DNA of 64,000 bases, from the NCBI GenBank assembly GCA_023267595.1, contig JAHFNB010000004.1, positions 182-64,181 of the forward strand, in the 5' to 3' direction. Position 1 is the stretch's first letter. Each line of letters opens with the position of its first letter. Position numbers and translations under genes: made by a program. Of the stretch, positions 45,401 through 53,889 are shown one piece after another. This DNA comes from a bacterium. GTDB taxonomy: Bacteria; Patescibacteriota; Minisyncoccia; Phycocordibacterales; UBA5272. The notes under the pieces were generated by a model. It worked only from the letters and a program-made list of their open reading frames with translations, had not been told where the DNA came from and searched no databases.

Positions 45401-48331
45401 ATGTCTATTCTACAAACTATTAAAAAGCGAAATGGTGAGATTGTTTCTTTTGACGCCGAGAAAATAGAAAGAGCAATTAAGAAAGCATTCTTGAGTGTTA
45501 CTCGGGATGAAAAGGCTCCAATTGCCAAGCATATCACCGAACTTGTAGCCAAAGAATTAGAACTAGAAGCCATTACGCGGGAGGGATATGTGCCATCTGT
45601 AGAACACACACAGGACTTAGTAGAAAAGAACATCATGAGTGCAGGATTTTTTGATGTTGCTAAGCATTACATTATTTATCGTTTTGAACACGCAAAAATT
45701 CGTGAAGAAAAGAAGCAGGAGATTCTCGAAAAGGTAGAAGAAGGAGGGCTTTATATTACGAAGAAGGATGGAACAAAGCAAAAGTTTGATCTTGAAAAAG
45801 TTCGTTTTGCTATTAACAAAGTTATTCACGGATATGAAAAAGAGATTAATGTTGAACAGATTTTAAATCAAATAAAATTGGAAGTGTACGAAGCAATGCC
45901 AACCAAAGAAATCAGTAAGGCTCTCGTGATGACGGTGCGATCACTCATTGAACAAGATCCGGCATATGCATATCTCGCATCACGATTAGTTCTCGTACAG
46001 ATTAATGAAGAATTAATCGGAAGTGATGTTCTTGATTATACAAATATTGATGAACAATATAAAAATGCATTCGTAACAGGAATACGAAAAGGTATTGAAC
46101 GTGGGATACTTGATCTTCGTATGGCTAACTTTGATTTAGGACGTCTCGCATCTTCTCTTGTACGATCACGTGATGAACTCTTTATGTATTTGGGTACTCA
46201 GACATTATATGAGCGATACCTTGCGCGTGATGTAGAAGGGGATGGACGCATTATCGAACACATTCAGGGATTCTGGATGCGTATTGCTATGGGGGTTGCA
46301 CTTGCAGAAAAAGAACTTGATCGTACAACACGAGCAATAGAGTTTTATGAGGCAATGTCGACACTACGTTTTGTACCATCATCACCAACACTTTTCCATT
46401 CAGGAACAAAACATCCACAACTATCTAGTTGTTACTTAAACACAGTAGGAGATTCACTTGAAAGTATCTTTAAGGTGTATGCAGATAATGCACAACTATC
46501 AAAATGGGCAGGAGGAATAGGGACTAATTGGTCACGTGTGCGTGCGTCAGGTGCCCTTGTGAAAAAATCAGGTATTAAATCAAATGGTCTTGTTCCATTC
46601 CTCAAGATTGCTAATGACGTAACAGTTGCTATTAATCGTTCTGGTCGTCGTCGTGGGGCAACATGTGTGTATTTGGAAAATTGGCATCTTGATGTAGAAG
46701 AGTTTCTAGATCTTCGCAAGAATACGGGCGATGATCGTCGTCGTACTCATGATATGGATACTGCATTATGGATTTCAGATCTTTTTATGAAGCGTATTCA
46801 AGCAGATGCAGATTGGACACTCTTCTCACCAGATGAAACACCGACACTCACTGAAACATACGGAGCAACATTTGAGAAAAATTATATCCAATATGAAAAA
46901 GATGCAGATGAAGGGAAGATAAAATTATTCAAACACATTAAAGCACGTGAACTATGGCGAAAAATGGTGACTATGCTTTATGAAACAGGACACCCTTGGA
47001 TTACATGGAAAGATCCATCAAACATTCGTTCTCCACAAGATCATGCCGGTATCGTTCATAACTCAAATCTCTGTACAGAAATTACTCTTAATAATAGTGA
47101 AGAAGAAACAGCAGTGTGTAATCTCGGATCATTAAACTATCAACGTCTTATGCGTGATGGAAAGTTCGATGTTGATATGGTAGCAAGTACAACGCGTACA
47201 GCAATTCGTATGCTCGATAATGTCATTGATGTAAACTTTTATCCAACAGTAGAAGCAGAGCGAAGTAATTTTCGTCATCGACCAATTGGGCTTGGTCTTA
47301 TGGGATTCCATGATGCACTCTATATGATGAATATCAATTTTGATTCTGAGGAAGCAGTAGCCTTTGCAGATGAATCAATGGAACTTATCTCGTATCATGC
47401 CATCTTGTCATCTGCTATGCTTGCACGTGAAAAAGGTGCTTACTCAAGTTATAAAGGAAGTAAATGGGATAGAGGAATATTCCCTGTTGATACCTTATCA
47501 CTTCTTGAACAAGAGCGTGGAATGGATGTTCCAATTTCAAAAGCAGGGAAATTAGACTGGACTCCAGTACGTGAAGCAGTGAAGCAATACGGTATGCGAA
47601 ATTCAAATACCATGGCCATGGCACCAACGGCAACGATTTCAAACATTGCAGGGTCTGTTCCATGTATTGAACCAACATATAAAAATATTTATGTGAAATC
47701 AAATATGAATGGTGAGTTTATTATTCTTAATCCATACCTAGTTGCAGATTTGAAAGCACTTAATCTTTGGGATTTTGAAATGATCGGTATGCTTAAGTTT
47801 CACGATGGATCATTAAAAGATATTCCGTCTATTCCACTTGCGGTAAAAAATAAATACAAGGAAGTATTTGAGATTGAACCTTCATGGATTATTCGTTCTG
47901 CTGCACATCGTGGTAAGTGGGTAGATCAATCACAGTCACTTAATATTTATTTTGCAGGGACATCAGGTCGTGAACTTGCAAGTATTTATGAATATGCATG
48001 GTCTGTAGGACTTAAGACAACATATTACTTGCGATCACTAGGTGCATCACAAGTGGAGAAGAGTACAGTAAATGCGTCAGAGTTCGGTTCTACACATAAA
48101 CGTGATGCAGGAGAATCAGTCTCATCATCTATAACTTCTGAAGTGTCTGTTCCATCACTAGTGTCTATGCCTGTATCTGCACCTGTTGCACAAGTCTCTA
48201 CAGTTGCACCGATTATGTCTATGGTTCCACCAATGATACCGAAAGAAACTGTAGAAGTACTCGCACAGAAACCAAAGATGAAATACAACATCACGGTAAT
48301 GCCAGAAGCAACATGTGATGGATGTCAGTAG
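45401..48331 (+). CDS. nrdA: class I ribonucleoside-diphosphate reductase alpha subunit with an N-terminal ATP-cone and an extended low-complexity C-terminal tail
   Basis: ATP-cone (KRNGEIVSFDAEKIERAIKKA), active-site SNLCTEI, and the terminal redox pair CDGCQ. Confidence 0.9.
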   Translation: MSILQTIKKRNGEIVSFDAEKIERAIKKAFLSVTRDEKAPIAKHITELVAKELELEAITREGYVPSVEHTQDLVEKNIMSAGFFDVAKHYIIYRFEHAKIREEKKQEILEKVEEGGLYITKKDGTKQKFDLEKVRFAINKVIHGYEKEINVEQILNQIKLEVYEAMPTKEISKALVMTVRSLIEQDPAYAYLASRLVLVQINEELIGSDVLDYTNIDEQYKNAFVTGIRKGIERGILDLRMANFDLGRLASSLVRSRDELFMYLGTQTLYERYLARDVEGDGRIIEHIQGFWMRIAMGVALAEKELDRTTRAIEFYEAMSTLRFVPSSPTLFHSGTKHPQLSSCYLNTVGDSLESIFKVYADNAQLSKWAGGIGTNWSRVRASGALVKKSGIKSNGLVPFLKIANDVTVAINRSGRRRGATCVYLENWHLDVEEFLDLRKNTGDDRRRTHDMDTALWISDLFMKRIQADADWTLFSPDETPTLTETYGATFEKNYIQYEKDADEGKIKLFKHIKARELWRKMVTMLYETGHPWITWKDPSNIRSPQDHAGIVHNSNLCTEITLNNSEEETAVCNLGSLNYQRLMRDGKFDVDMVASTTRTAIRMLDNVIDVNFYPTVEAERSNFRHRPIGLGLMGFHDALYMMNINFDSEEAVAFADESMELISYHAILSSAMLAREKGAYSSYKGSKWDRGIFPVDTLSLLEQERGMDVPISKAGKLDWTPVREAVKQYGMRNSNTMAMAPTATISNIAGSVPCIEPTYKNIYVKSNMNGEFIILNPYLVADLKALNLWDFEMIGMLKFHDGSLKDIPSIPLAVKNKYKEVFEIEPSWIIRSAAHRGKWVDQSQSLNIYFAGTSGRELASIYEYAWSVGLKTTYYLRSLGASQVEKSTVNASEFGSTHKRDAGESVSSSITSEVSVPSLVSMPVSAPVAQVSTVAPIMSMVPPMIPKETVEVLAQKPKMKYNITVMPEATCDGCQ

Positions 48332-48371
48332 ATAGTCAAAAGAAAAATAAATTATTTAAATTATAAATCCT

Positions 48372-49451
48372 ATGGAACCAATAACTTCACAACCCCAAAC
48401 AAATATTACTGCAAAACCAATCATCGATCGTAGTGCAGGGCGTGTTGATGTAAATAAACGAAAGATAATCAATGGAGAAGGTGCAGATGTTGTACAATTG
48501 TGGCCGATAAAGCATAAGTTCGCATGGGACGCCTATAATGTTGGTAATGCAAATCACTGGCTTCCTACAGAAATCAGTATGCAATTAGATATCGAGCAAT
48601 GGCGATCACAAACATTCCTCACACCAGATGAACGTCATGCACTTAAGATGGTATTAGGATTCTTTACAACCGCAGACTCAATTGCGGCGAATAATCTCGT
48701 ACTCGCGTTTTACAAACACATTACTTCACCAGAGGCACGACTCTATTTGCTTCGTCAGGCATATGAAGAGGCAATACATACCCAAGCCTATCAGTATATT
48801 GTAGAATCGCTCGGACTAGATGGTACAGAAATATTTAATATGTATCGTGAAGTGGATGCGATTTATGATAAGGAGGAGTTTATCCTTTCTTTTAATCAGG
48901 GCATCTTTGATCCAAATTTTAAGACGGGAACATTTGTCAATGATCAAAAGTTTTTGGAAAACATGTGTGTGTTCTCGCTCATCATGGAAGGCATCTTTTT
49001 CTACTCATCATTCGCGGTTATATTTGGATTTCAACGACAAAATAAATTGGTTGGGTCTGCAGAACAGATTCAATATATTATGCGTGATGAAAGTACACAT
49101 ATGAATTTCGGTATTGATATGATAAATACAATTAAGCAAGAGCAACCAGAACTTTGGACTCCTACTTTTGTAGAAAGAGTTACTAATCTTGTACGAAAAG
49201 CAGTAGAACTAGAATACAAATTTGCAGTTGATGTATTTCCAAAAGGGATATTTGGATTAAATGCAGAAGGGTTCAAGCAGTATATAGAACATATCGCCGA
49301 TAGACGTCTTTCACGTGTAGGAATAGATCCAATATATGGTACTGCGAATCCATTTCCATGGATGAGTGAGGCGGTTGATTTAAATAAGGAAAAGAATTTC
49401 TTTGAGACGAGAGTTACAGAATATAAAACCGGTGGGACATTGGCTTGGTAA
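48372..49451 (+). CDS. nrdB: class I ribonucleotide reductase beta (radical-generating, ferritin-like) subunit
   Basis: Di-iron ligand region EEAIHTQAYQYI with the conserved E/H pairs. Confidence 0.85.
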   Translation: MEPITSQPQTNITAKPIIDRSAGRVDVNKRKIINGEGADVVQLWPIKHKFAWDAYNVGNANHWLPTEISMQLDIEQWRSQTFLTPDERHALKMVLGFFTTADSIAANNLVLAFYKHITSPEARLYLLRQAYEEAIHTQAYQYIVESLGLDGTEIFNMYREVDAIYDKEEFILSFNQGIFDPNFKTGTFVNDQKFLENMCVFSLIMEGIFFYSSFAVIFGFQRQNKLVGSAEQIQYIMRDESTHMNFGIDMINTIKQEQPELWTPTFVERVTNLVRKAVELEYKFAVDVFPKGIFGLNAEGFKQYIEHIADRRLSRVGIDPIYGTANPFPWMSEAVDLNKEKNFFETRVTEYKTGGTLAW

Positions 49452-49484
49452 CTAATCAAGATATTTGAATTAGAAAATAAAATA

Positions 49485-49509
49485 CTGGGGTGGATTACTC
49501 CAGCCCCAG
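49485..49509. terminator. convergent terminator ctgggg(tgga-ttac-tcca)gccccag between nrdB and the minus-strand operon
   Basis: Nested GC stem; T-rich on the minus-strand side. Confidence 0.55.
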
Positions 49510-49523
49510 ATTTCAGGAAGTCT

Positions 49524-49907
49524 TTACTTTTTGATTTTTTTTGGATGACGTTTCGGTTGAATTGATGCTTCAGGAAGTCGAGGAATGTGTTCATGAATAC
49601 GGAGGAGAATTCCTTCCATTCGTAGAACGGCATCACCGACGATACTTCTTTCATCATAGACGCCACTCACTACGGATTCGCGAAGTTTTGCGATATGTTT
49701 CTCTATTTCTCCAATGTCATGGGAAATGAGTATGAGTGCCTCACAAGTACAACTCTTTCCATTTTTGAGGAGGCGAATTTTGAATTCTTCGGGGATAGGT
49801 TTACCAGAAGGTGGCTGCACACTTCTACTATCTCCATAAACACGTTGTAATCTTGCTTCTCTATCAAAATGCCTTTTTATGCTTCGCACACTGCTCTCCT
49901 TATTCAA
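49524..49907 (-). CDS. hypothetical protein (127 aa, basic C-terminus)
   Basis: ORF; second gene downstream of the structured leader. Confidence 0.45.
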   Translation of the reverse strand: MNKESSVRSIKRHFDREARLQRVYGDSRSVQPPSGKPIPEEFKIRLLKNGKSCTCEALILISHDIGEIEKHIAKLRESVVSGVYDERSIVGDAVLRMEGILLRIHEHIPRLPEASIQPKRHPKKIKK

Positions 49908-49916
49908 ATGTTTGAA

Positions 49917-50258
49917 TTATTGTAACGTGTGTTTGCCATAGTATGGAACAAAGTGGTCACTCTTTATTTTCTCCATGAGTGCTTCTTCTAATCTTCTTTG
50001 TTCCGCACCATCTAATTCGTCAAAGAATTTATTGATACCTTTATCATCGAGCATAGAGTTGAGTATCAGTTCTTGCAAACTGAATACTTCAGATATGACT
50101 AGTTTTTTCTTTTCGTATGCCTCAACTAGGAAAGATATCGCATTGATCTGTTCATCGAACCACTCACTTCTTGTATTGTCATAAAGAACGATACGTAACC
50201 TGTTGCCATCCTCACTTGTTTCGATATGAGCAACTGGCACATTTTTGTCTTTTTTCAC
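49917..50258 (-). CDS. hypothetical protein (113 aa, GTG start, acidic)
   Basis: ORF beginning with GTG and no SD; first gene downstream of the leader. Confidence 0.4.
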   Translation of the reverse strand: MKKDKNVPVAHIETSEDGNRLRIVLYDNTRSEWFDEQINAISFLVEAYEKKKLVISEVFSLQELILNSMLDDKGINKFFDELDGAEQRRLEEALMEKIKSDHFVPYYGKHTLQ

Positions 50259-50330
50259 GGAGGGTATCCTTTAACGAGAACAATTTATTACATCTTATAA
50301 CTACCAAAAGTCTATGTCAATTTTACCAAT

Positions 50331-50355
50331 AAAAAAGGGCAGGAAGTTCCTGCCC
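50331..50355 (-). terminator. intrinsic terminator gggcagg-aactt-cctgccc plus U6 at the 3' end of the leader, about 65 nt before the 49917-50258 gene
   Basis: 7-bp GC stem followed by tttttt on the minus strand. Confidence 0.75.
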
Positions 50356-50525
50356 TTGTCGGGGTATGACCGACTTTACAAGTGCGGTCGATTTCTAGCT
50401 GCGAGATTGTGGCGGTGACTTGCTATCCGCCGCCTCTGACTGATTTGACCAAGCCTCTTGCGAGGCAGGGCACGGAAACAGGGGTTACGTCTTCTTTTCG
50501 ACATTTTACCTCCGTGGTTGTTCTA
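50356..50525 (-). ncRNA. GC-rich structured leader / candidate riboswitch or small RNA, with an embedded 42-codon Arg-rich ORF (about 50376-50504) carrying a GGAGG SD
   Basis: Consensus promoter upstream and terminator downstream. Hairpins gaccg...cggtc and ggcgg...ccgcc. The 5' segment guuuccgugcccugcc can pair with the 5' half of the terminator, which would be an antiterminator-like arrangement. Confidence 0.4.
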
Positions 50526-50531
50526 GATAAG

Positions 50532-50561
50532 ATACTACCATAAAGAATATACTCTTGTAAA
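50532..50561 (-). promoter_or_regulatory. promoter TTTACA-N18-TAGTAT on the minus strand driving the leader
   Basis: Reverse complement of 50532-50561. Confidence 0.55.
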
Positions 50562-50603
50562 TAATCGTGTACTCACTGATAGTTTTTAGGTATACTTATA
50601 CAT

Positions 50604-51545
50604 ATGTTACACGTCTCAAAATCACTTCCTGATATTGCAGTGATTCGCGGAGGAGCAAAAGAATTTGATATTTCTCTGTCTGAAGGAAAAGAAGTATTAC
50701 AATCACTTTCAAGAATCGGATACAAACCAATTGATGTTATTATTTCTCGTGATGGAGAATGGAATGCAAATGGTGTACCAACAGATGCACATACTATTTT
50801 TACAAAATCTCATACCACAATAGACACAACACGTACTCGTGATGAATCATATCACACACTTGCAAAGAAAATGGAAATACCATTGTTACTTTCACATGGA
50901 AATAATATGTCTCTTGATAGAGAAGATGTGTACCGATTATTACGTCAACAGGGAATACGTGTACCAGATACAGTGACTATACGTGCGCAACAACCACTCA
51001 AAGACAGTATGTTTCGTGATTTATGGACGACGTATCATACACCTCTTATGGTGCGACCACTTGTGCGACGTAATGATGCGCCGACAAAACTTATAAAAAT
51101 ATTTCCAGAATTAGAAAATGTCATTCGTACCTATCATGATAAAGGAATAGATATGCACATACTTACATATCGTAAAGCACCGACATCATCTATTGCAGTG
51201 CTACCAGATTTTCAAGGGGAACGTTTGTATACCCCACTTTGGGTAGAAACATTTGCGAGTATGAGTGATGTTCCAAATAGTACTTCGCCAATGCGTGTGC
51301 ATCATAGTGCGCCAGATTTTCGAAAAGAGCAGATAAAAGATTTTGTAACCAAGGTATATGATGCTCTCGATCTTTCAGGTCCTGTTTGTATAGATATTAT
51401 TCCGCATAATAATGAATATATTGTTGTGAATGTTGATACACATCCATCGTTACGCAAAGATAGTCGCTTCTCACAATCTCTTGCCTCAACAGGTGCAACT
51501 ATTGGTCAGTACATTCATTCACGTATTTTGAAAGAGAATATATAA
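50604..51545 (+). CDS. D-alanine--D-alanine ligase-like ATP-grasp protein (divergent; the ATP-grasp motifs are degenerate)
   Basis: N-terminus IAVIRGGAKEFDISLSEGKEVLQSL resembles the Ddl N-domain. The central and C-terminal ATP-binding motifs are not clearly conserved. Confidence 0.4.
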   Translation: MLHVSKSLPDIAVIRGGAKEFDISLSEGKEVLQSLSRIGYKPIDVIISRDGEWNANGVPTDAHTIFTKSHTTIDTTRTRDESYHTLAKKMEIPLLLSHGNNMSLDREDVYRLLRQQGIRVPDTVTIRAQQPLKDSMFRDLWTTYHTPLMVRPLVRRNDAPTKLIKIFPELENVIRTYHDKGIDMHILTYRKAPTSSIAVLPDFQGERLYTPLWVETFASMSDVPNSTSPMRVHHSAPDFRKEQIKDFVTKVYDALDLSGPVCIDIIPHNNEYIVVNVDTHPSLRKDSRFSQSLASTGATIGQYIHSRILKENI

Positions 51546-51559
51546 TATAGTATTTAATT

Positions 51560-51680
51560 AATTTATTGCATTAGATGCAAGGCGTGGAGTGTTTGTGAGG
51601 AGATGTAGATAGAACTACGTTGACGAACAAACGAGGCTCCACAACACAGCAGATGATGTAATAAATTAATTAAAGAAAAA
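51560..51680. repeat. long imperfect inverted repeat (ttaattaatttattgcat ... atgtaataaattaattaa, 17 of 18) enclosing about 80 bp with internal gtggag/ctccac pairing
   Basis: Read directly; could fold into a hairpin of about 120 nt. Confidence 0.5.
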
Positions 51681-51689
51681 GAAAATACG

Positions 51690-51730
51690 CGCCTCTGGTA
51701 AGTGTCGCGTATTTTCTTTTGTTACTTTTT
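51690..51730. terminator. bidirectional terminator aaaatacgcg-cctctggtaagtgt-cgcgtatttt
   Basis: 10-bp stem flanked by an A-run and a T-run. Confidence 0.6.
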
Positions 51731-52014
51731 ATTCAAAAGTGACGTCTTTGTTTGATGCGTTACGGTTGCTTCTGGCTTCCGTTTTTTGTTAGCAGATCCT
51801 TACGAATCTACTTCCAGTTGTTTTGAAGCCGCATCTGCTTTTTTATCGGCATTGATGTAAGCAGTTTATAATCTACTCACATCTTTATAGACTTCAAGAA
51901 CCCATGTTCTTTTTTCTAGTACTAAAAGCTGATAATAATGAAACAACTGTCTACCACTAGTGTACCAACCCTGCGTGATATACTCAAGTCATACAAGGGT
52001 AGTTATTCACATAT

Positions 52015-52419
52015 ATGTCATACATAGGAAATATACAACAGTTGGTAATGAGGAACGATAATTTTCGAGAAGTCATCTTTACAGGTAAGAAATCTCAACT
52101 TGTAGTTATGTCTATTCCAGTATCAGGTGAGGTTGGGGAAGAGGTTCACACAGGCGTAGAACAAACATTATATATAGTCTCAGGTATTTGTGATGTTGTA
52201 TTAGATGGTGTAACAACACAAGTAAGTGGAGGAGATGTTGTTGTTGTGACACCACATACACGACATAATTTTATTAACAAAGGAACAGAAGTTGTAAAAA
52301 TTATTACAACCTATTCTCCGCCGAATCATGTTGATGGAAAAATTCATGTCACGATAGATGATGCACGTAATGATAGAGAAGATGAAGCATTTTCAGATGA
52401 GGCAAATAAAAATAGTTAG
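52015..52419 (+). CDS. cupin-domain protein
   Basis: Small beta-barrel pattern with G...H.H..E and G......H motifs (VHTGVEQTLYIVSG ... VVVTPHTRHNFINKG). Confidence 0.55.
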   Translation: MSYIGNIQQLVMRNDNFREVIFTGKKSQLVVMSIPVSGEVGEEVHTGVEQTLYIVSGICDVVLDGVTTQVSGGDVVVVTPHTRHNFINKGTEVVKIITTYSPPNHVDGKIHVTIDDARNDREDEAFSDEANKNS

Positions 52420-53200
52420 TAATCGCGATATTCTTTTTATAAAAAAAGTTATTTCGTACCATACAATCTATGGGAGACATACTTTACCATGGAGGAAAAA
52501 TATTTCTCCGTATAAAATTCTTGTTAGTGAGATAATGCTTCAACAAACACAAGTCTCTCGAGTACTTCCCAAGTTTTTGCTATGGATGAAGAAATATCCA
52601 AGTTTACAATCTTTACGTAGGGCATCTCTTAAGGATATCTTAGTTTTATGGCAGGGTTTGGGTTATCAGAGAAGAGCAAAAGCACTTTACACAATAGCAC
52701 AATCTCATGTGCGTATTCCGCACACATTTGAAGCATTATGTGAACTCCCGGGAATAGGGAAGTATACGGCCTCTGCAGTATGTGCTTTTGCGTATAATAC
52801 ATTTACGTACCCAATGCTTGAGACAAATATTCGTACGGCACTCATAGAAGAGTTTCATATGGAAAAAGAAAAAATCCATGATGGAATACTTTACGATACT
52901 CTTGATCGTCTTACAAAAAATAAACATGTACAAAAAATTGGTGCGCGTGCATGGTATTTTGCACTTATGGATTACGGTGCACATTTAAAAGAACAGCATA
53001 TTTCTCATAATGCAAAAAGTACACATTATGTAAAGCAATCCCCATATAAAGGTTCAATACGTGAACTTCGTGCAAAAATTCTTTTTGCTATCACACATAC
53101 ACAAGAAGTTCCAAAAGATATACGTACACAAAAAGTTCTAGAACAATTAATAAAGGAGGGATATGTTATCCAAAAAAGAAATTCTTATATTATTTCGTGA
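52397..53200 (+). CDS. HhH-GPD superfamily DNA glycosylase (MutY/Nth-like) lacking the 4Fe-4S Cys cluster
   Basis: LPWRKNISPYKILVSEIMLQQTQV, GLGYQRRAKAL, HhH LPGIGKYTASAV. No CxxxxxxCxxCxxxxxC. The start is uncertain (52358-52397). Confidence 0.7.
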   Translation: MRQIKIVSNRDILFIKKVISYHTIYGRHTLPWRKNISPYKILVSEIMLQQTQVSRVLPKFLLWMKKYPSLQSLRRASLKDILVLWQGLGYQRRAKALYTIAQSHVRIPHTFEALCELPGIGKYTASAVCAFAYNTFTYPMLETNIRTALIEEFHMEKEKIHDGILYDTLDRLTKNKHVQKIGARAWYFALMDYGAHLKEQHISHNAKSTHYVKQSPYKGSIRELRAKILFAITHTQEVPKDIRTQKVLEQLIKEGYVIQKRNSYIIS

Positions 53201-53882
53201 TATTACAATCACGAAGAAGTGTCACTATTTGTCGTGGTACAAGGATATGTACGGCTCCTGATTTTAAACCATGAAGTGTAAATGACATAATACGTACACG
53301 TTTTAATGACATAACTGTTAAATTAAGTGCATTTAACATTCTACGTATTTCATGTTTTTTACCTTCCGTTAAAACAATCCTTAGAGAATGACCTTCATTA
53401 TATATAGATACAGATTTTACAGGAGCAAATGTACCTTCTTGAGTATAGATGCCTTTTTTAAGTAACGTGATAACCCGAGGAGTTGCTTTTTCTCGTACGG
53501 TAATTTCATATTCTTTTTCTCGACCATGTTTTGGGTTAAGTAAGGCATCAGATACACGATAATCATTTGTGTAGAGGAGTAAACCTTCACTTTCTTTGTC
53601 TAGTCTTCCCATAGGTTCACAATCTTCTAATTCAGGAATTCTCCCTGTTACTTCACCACGAGGTTTATGATACAAAGCATAGATATATTCTTTGTGAGGT
53701 GATGATATAGTTACTGTATCACCTTTAACGACTTTACTTCCAAGTGTTGCGAGATGTCCATTAATAGTAATATATTTTTTGGTGATATAGTCATCAATCA
53801 CGCGACGTGAACCAACTCCTTCATCACGAAGAAAAACATTAATACGAACAGACTCTTTACTTGTAACGTGTAGTTCTCTCAT
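53190..53882 (-). CDS. RsuA/RluB-family rRNA pseudouridine synthase with an N-terminal S4 domain
   Basis: S4 domain (VRINVFLRDEGVGSRRVIDDYI) and catalytic GRLDKESEGLLLYTNDYR. Confidence 0.8.
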   Translation of the reverse strand: MRELHVTSKESVRINVFLRDEGVGSRRVIDDYITKKYITINGHLATLGSKVVKGDTVTISSPHKEYIYALYHKPRGEVTGRIPELEDCEPMGRLDKESEGLLLYTNDYRVSDALLNPKHGREKEYEITVREKATPRVITLLKKGIYTQEGTFAPVKSVSIYNEGHSLRIVLTEGKKHEIRRMLNALNLTVMSLKRVRIMSFTLHGLKSGAVHILVPRQIVTLLRDCNITK

Positions 53883-53889
53883 AATTTAA

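Noticed and set aside
50331-50525. SRP (4.5S) RNA identity for the leader at 50.4 kb
   Set aside because: Only a loose GUCAG...AGCAAG resemblance to domain IV. There is no GGAA tetraloop context, and the element sits directly upstream of co-oriented genes with a terminator, which fits a cis-regulatory leader better.
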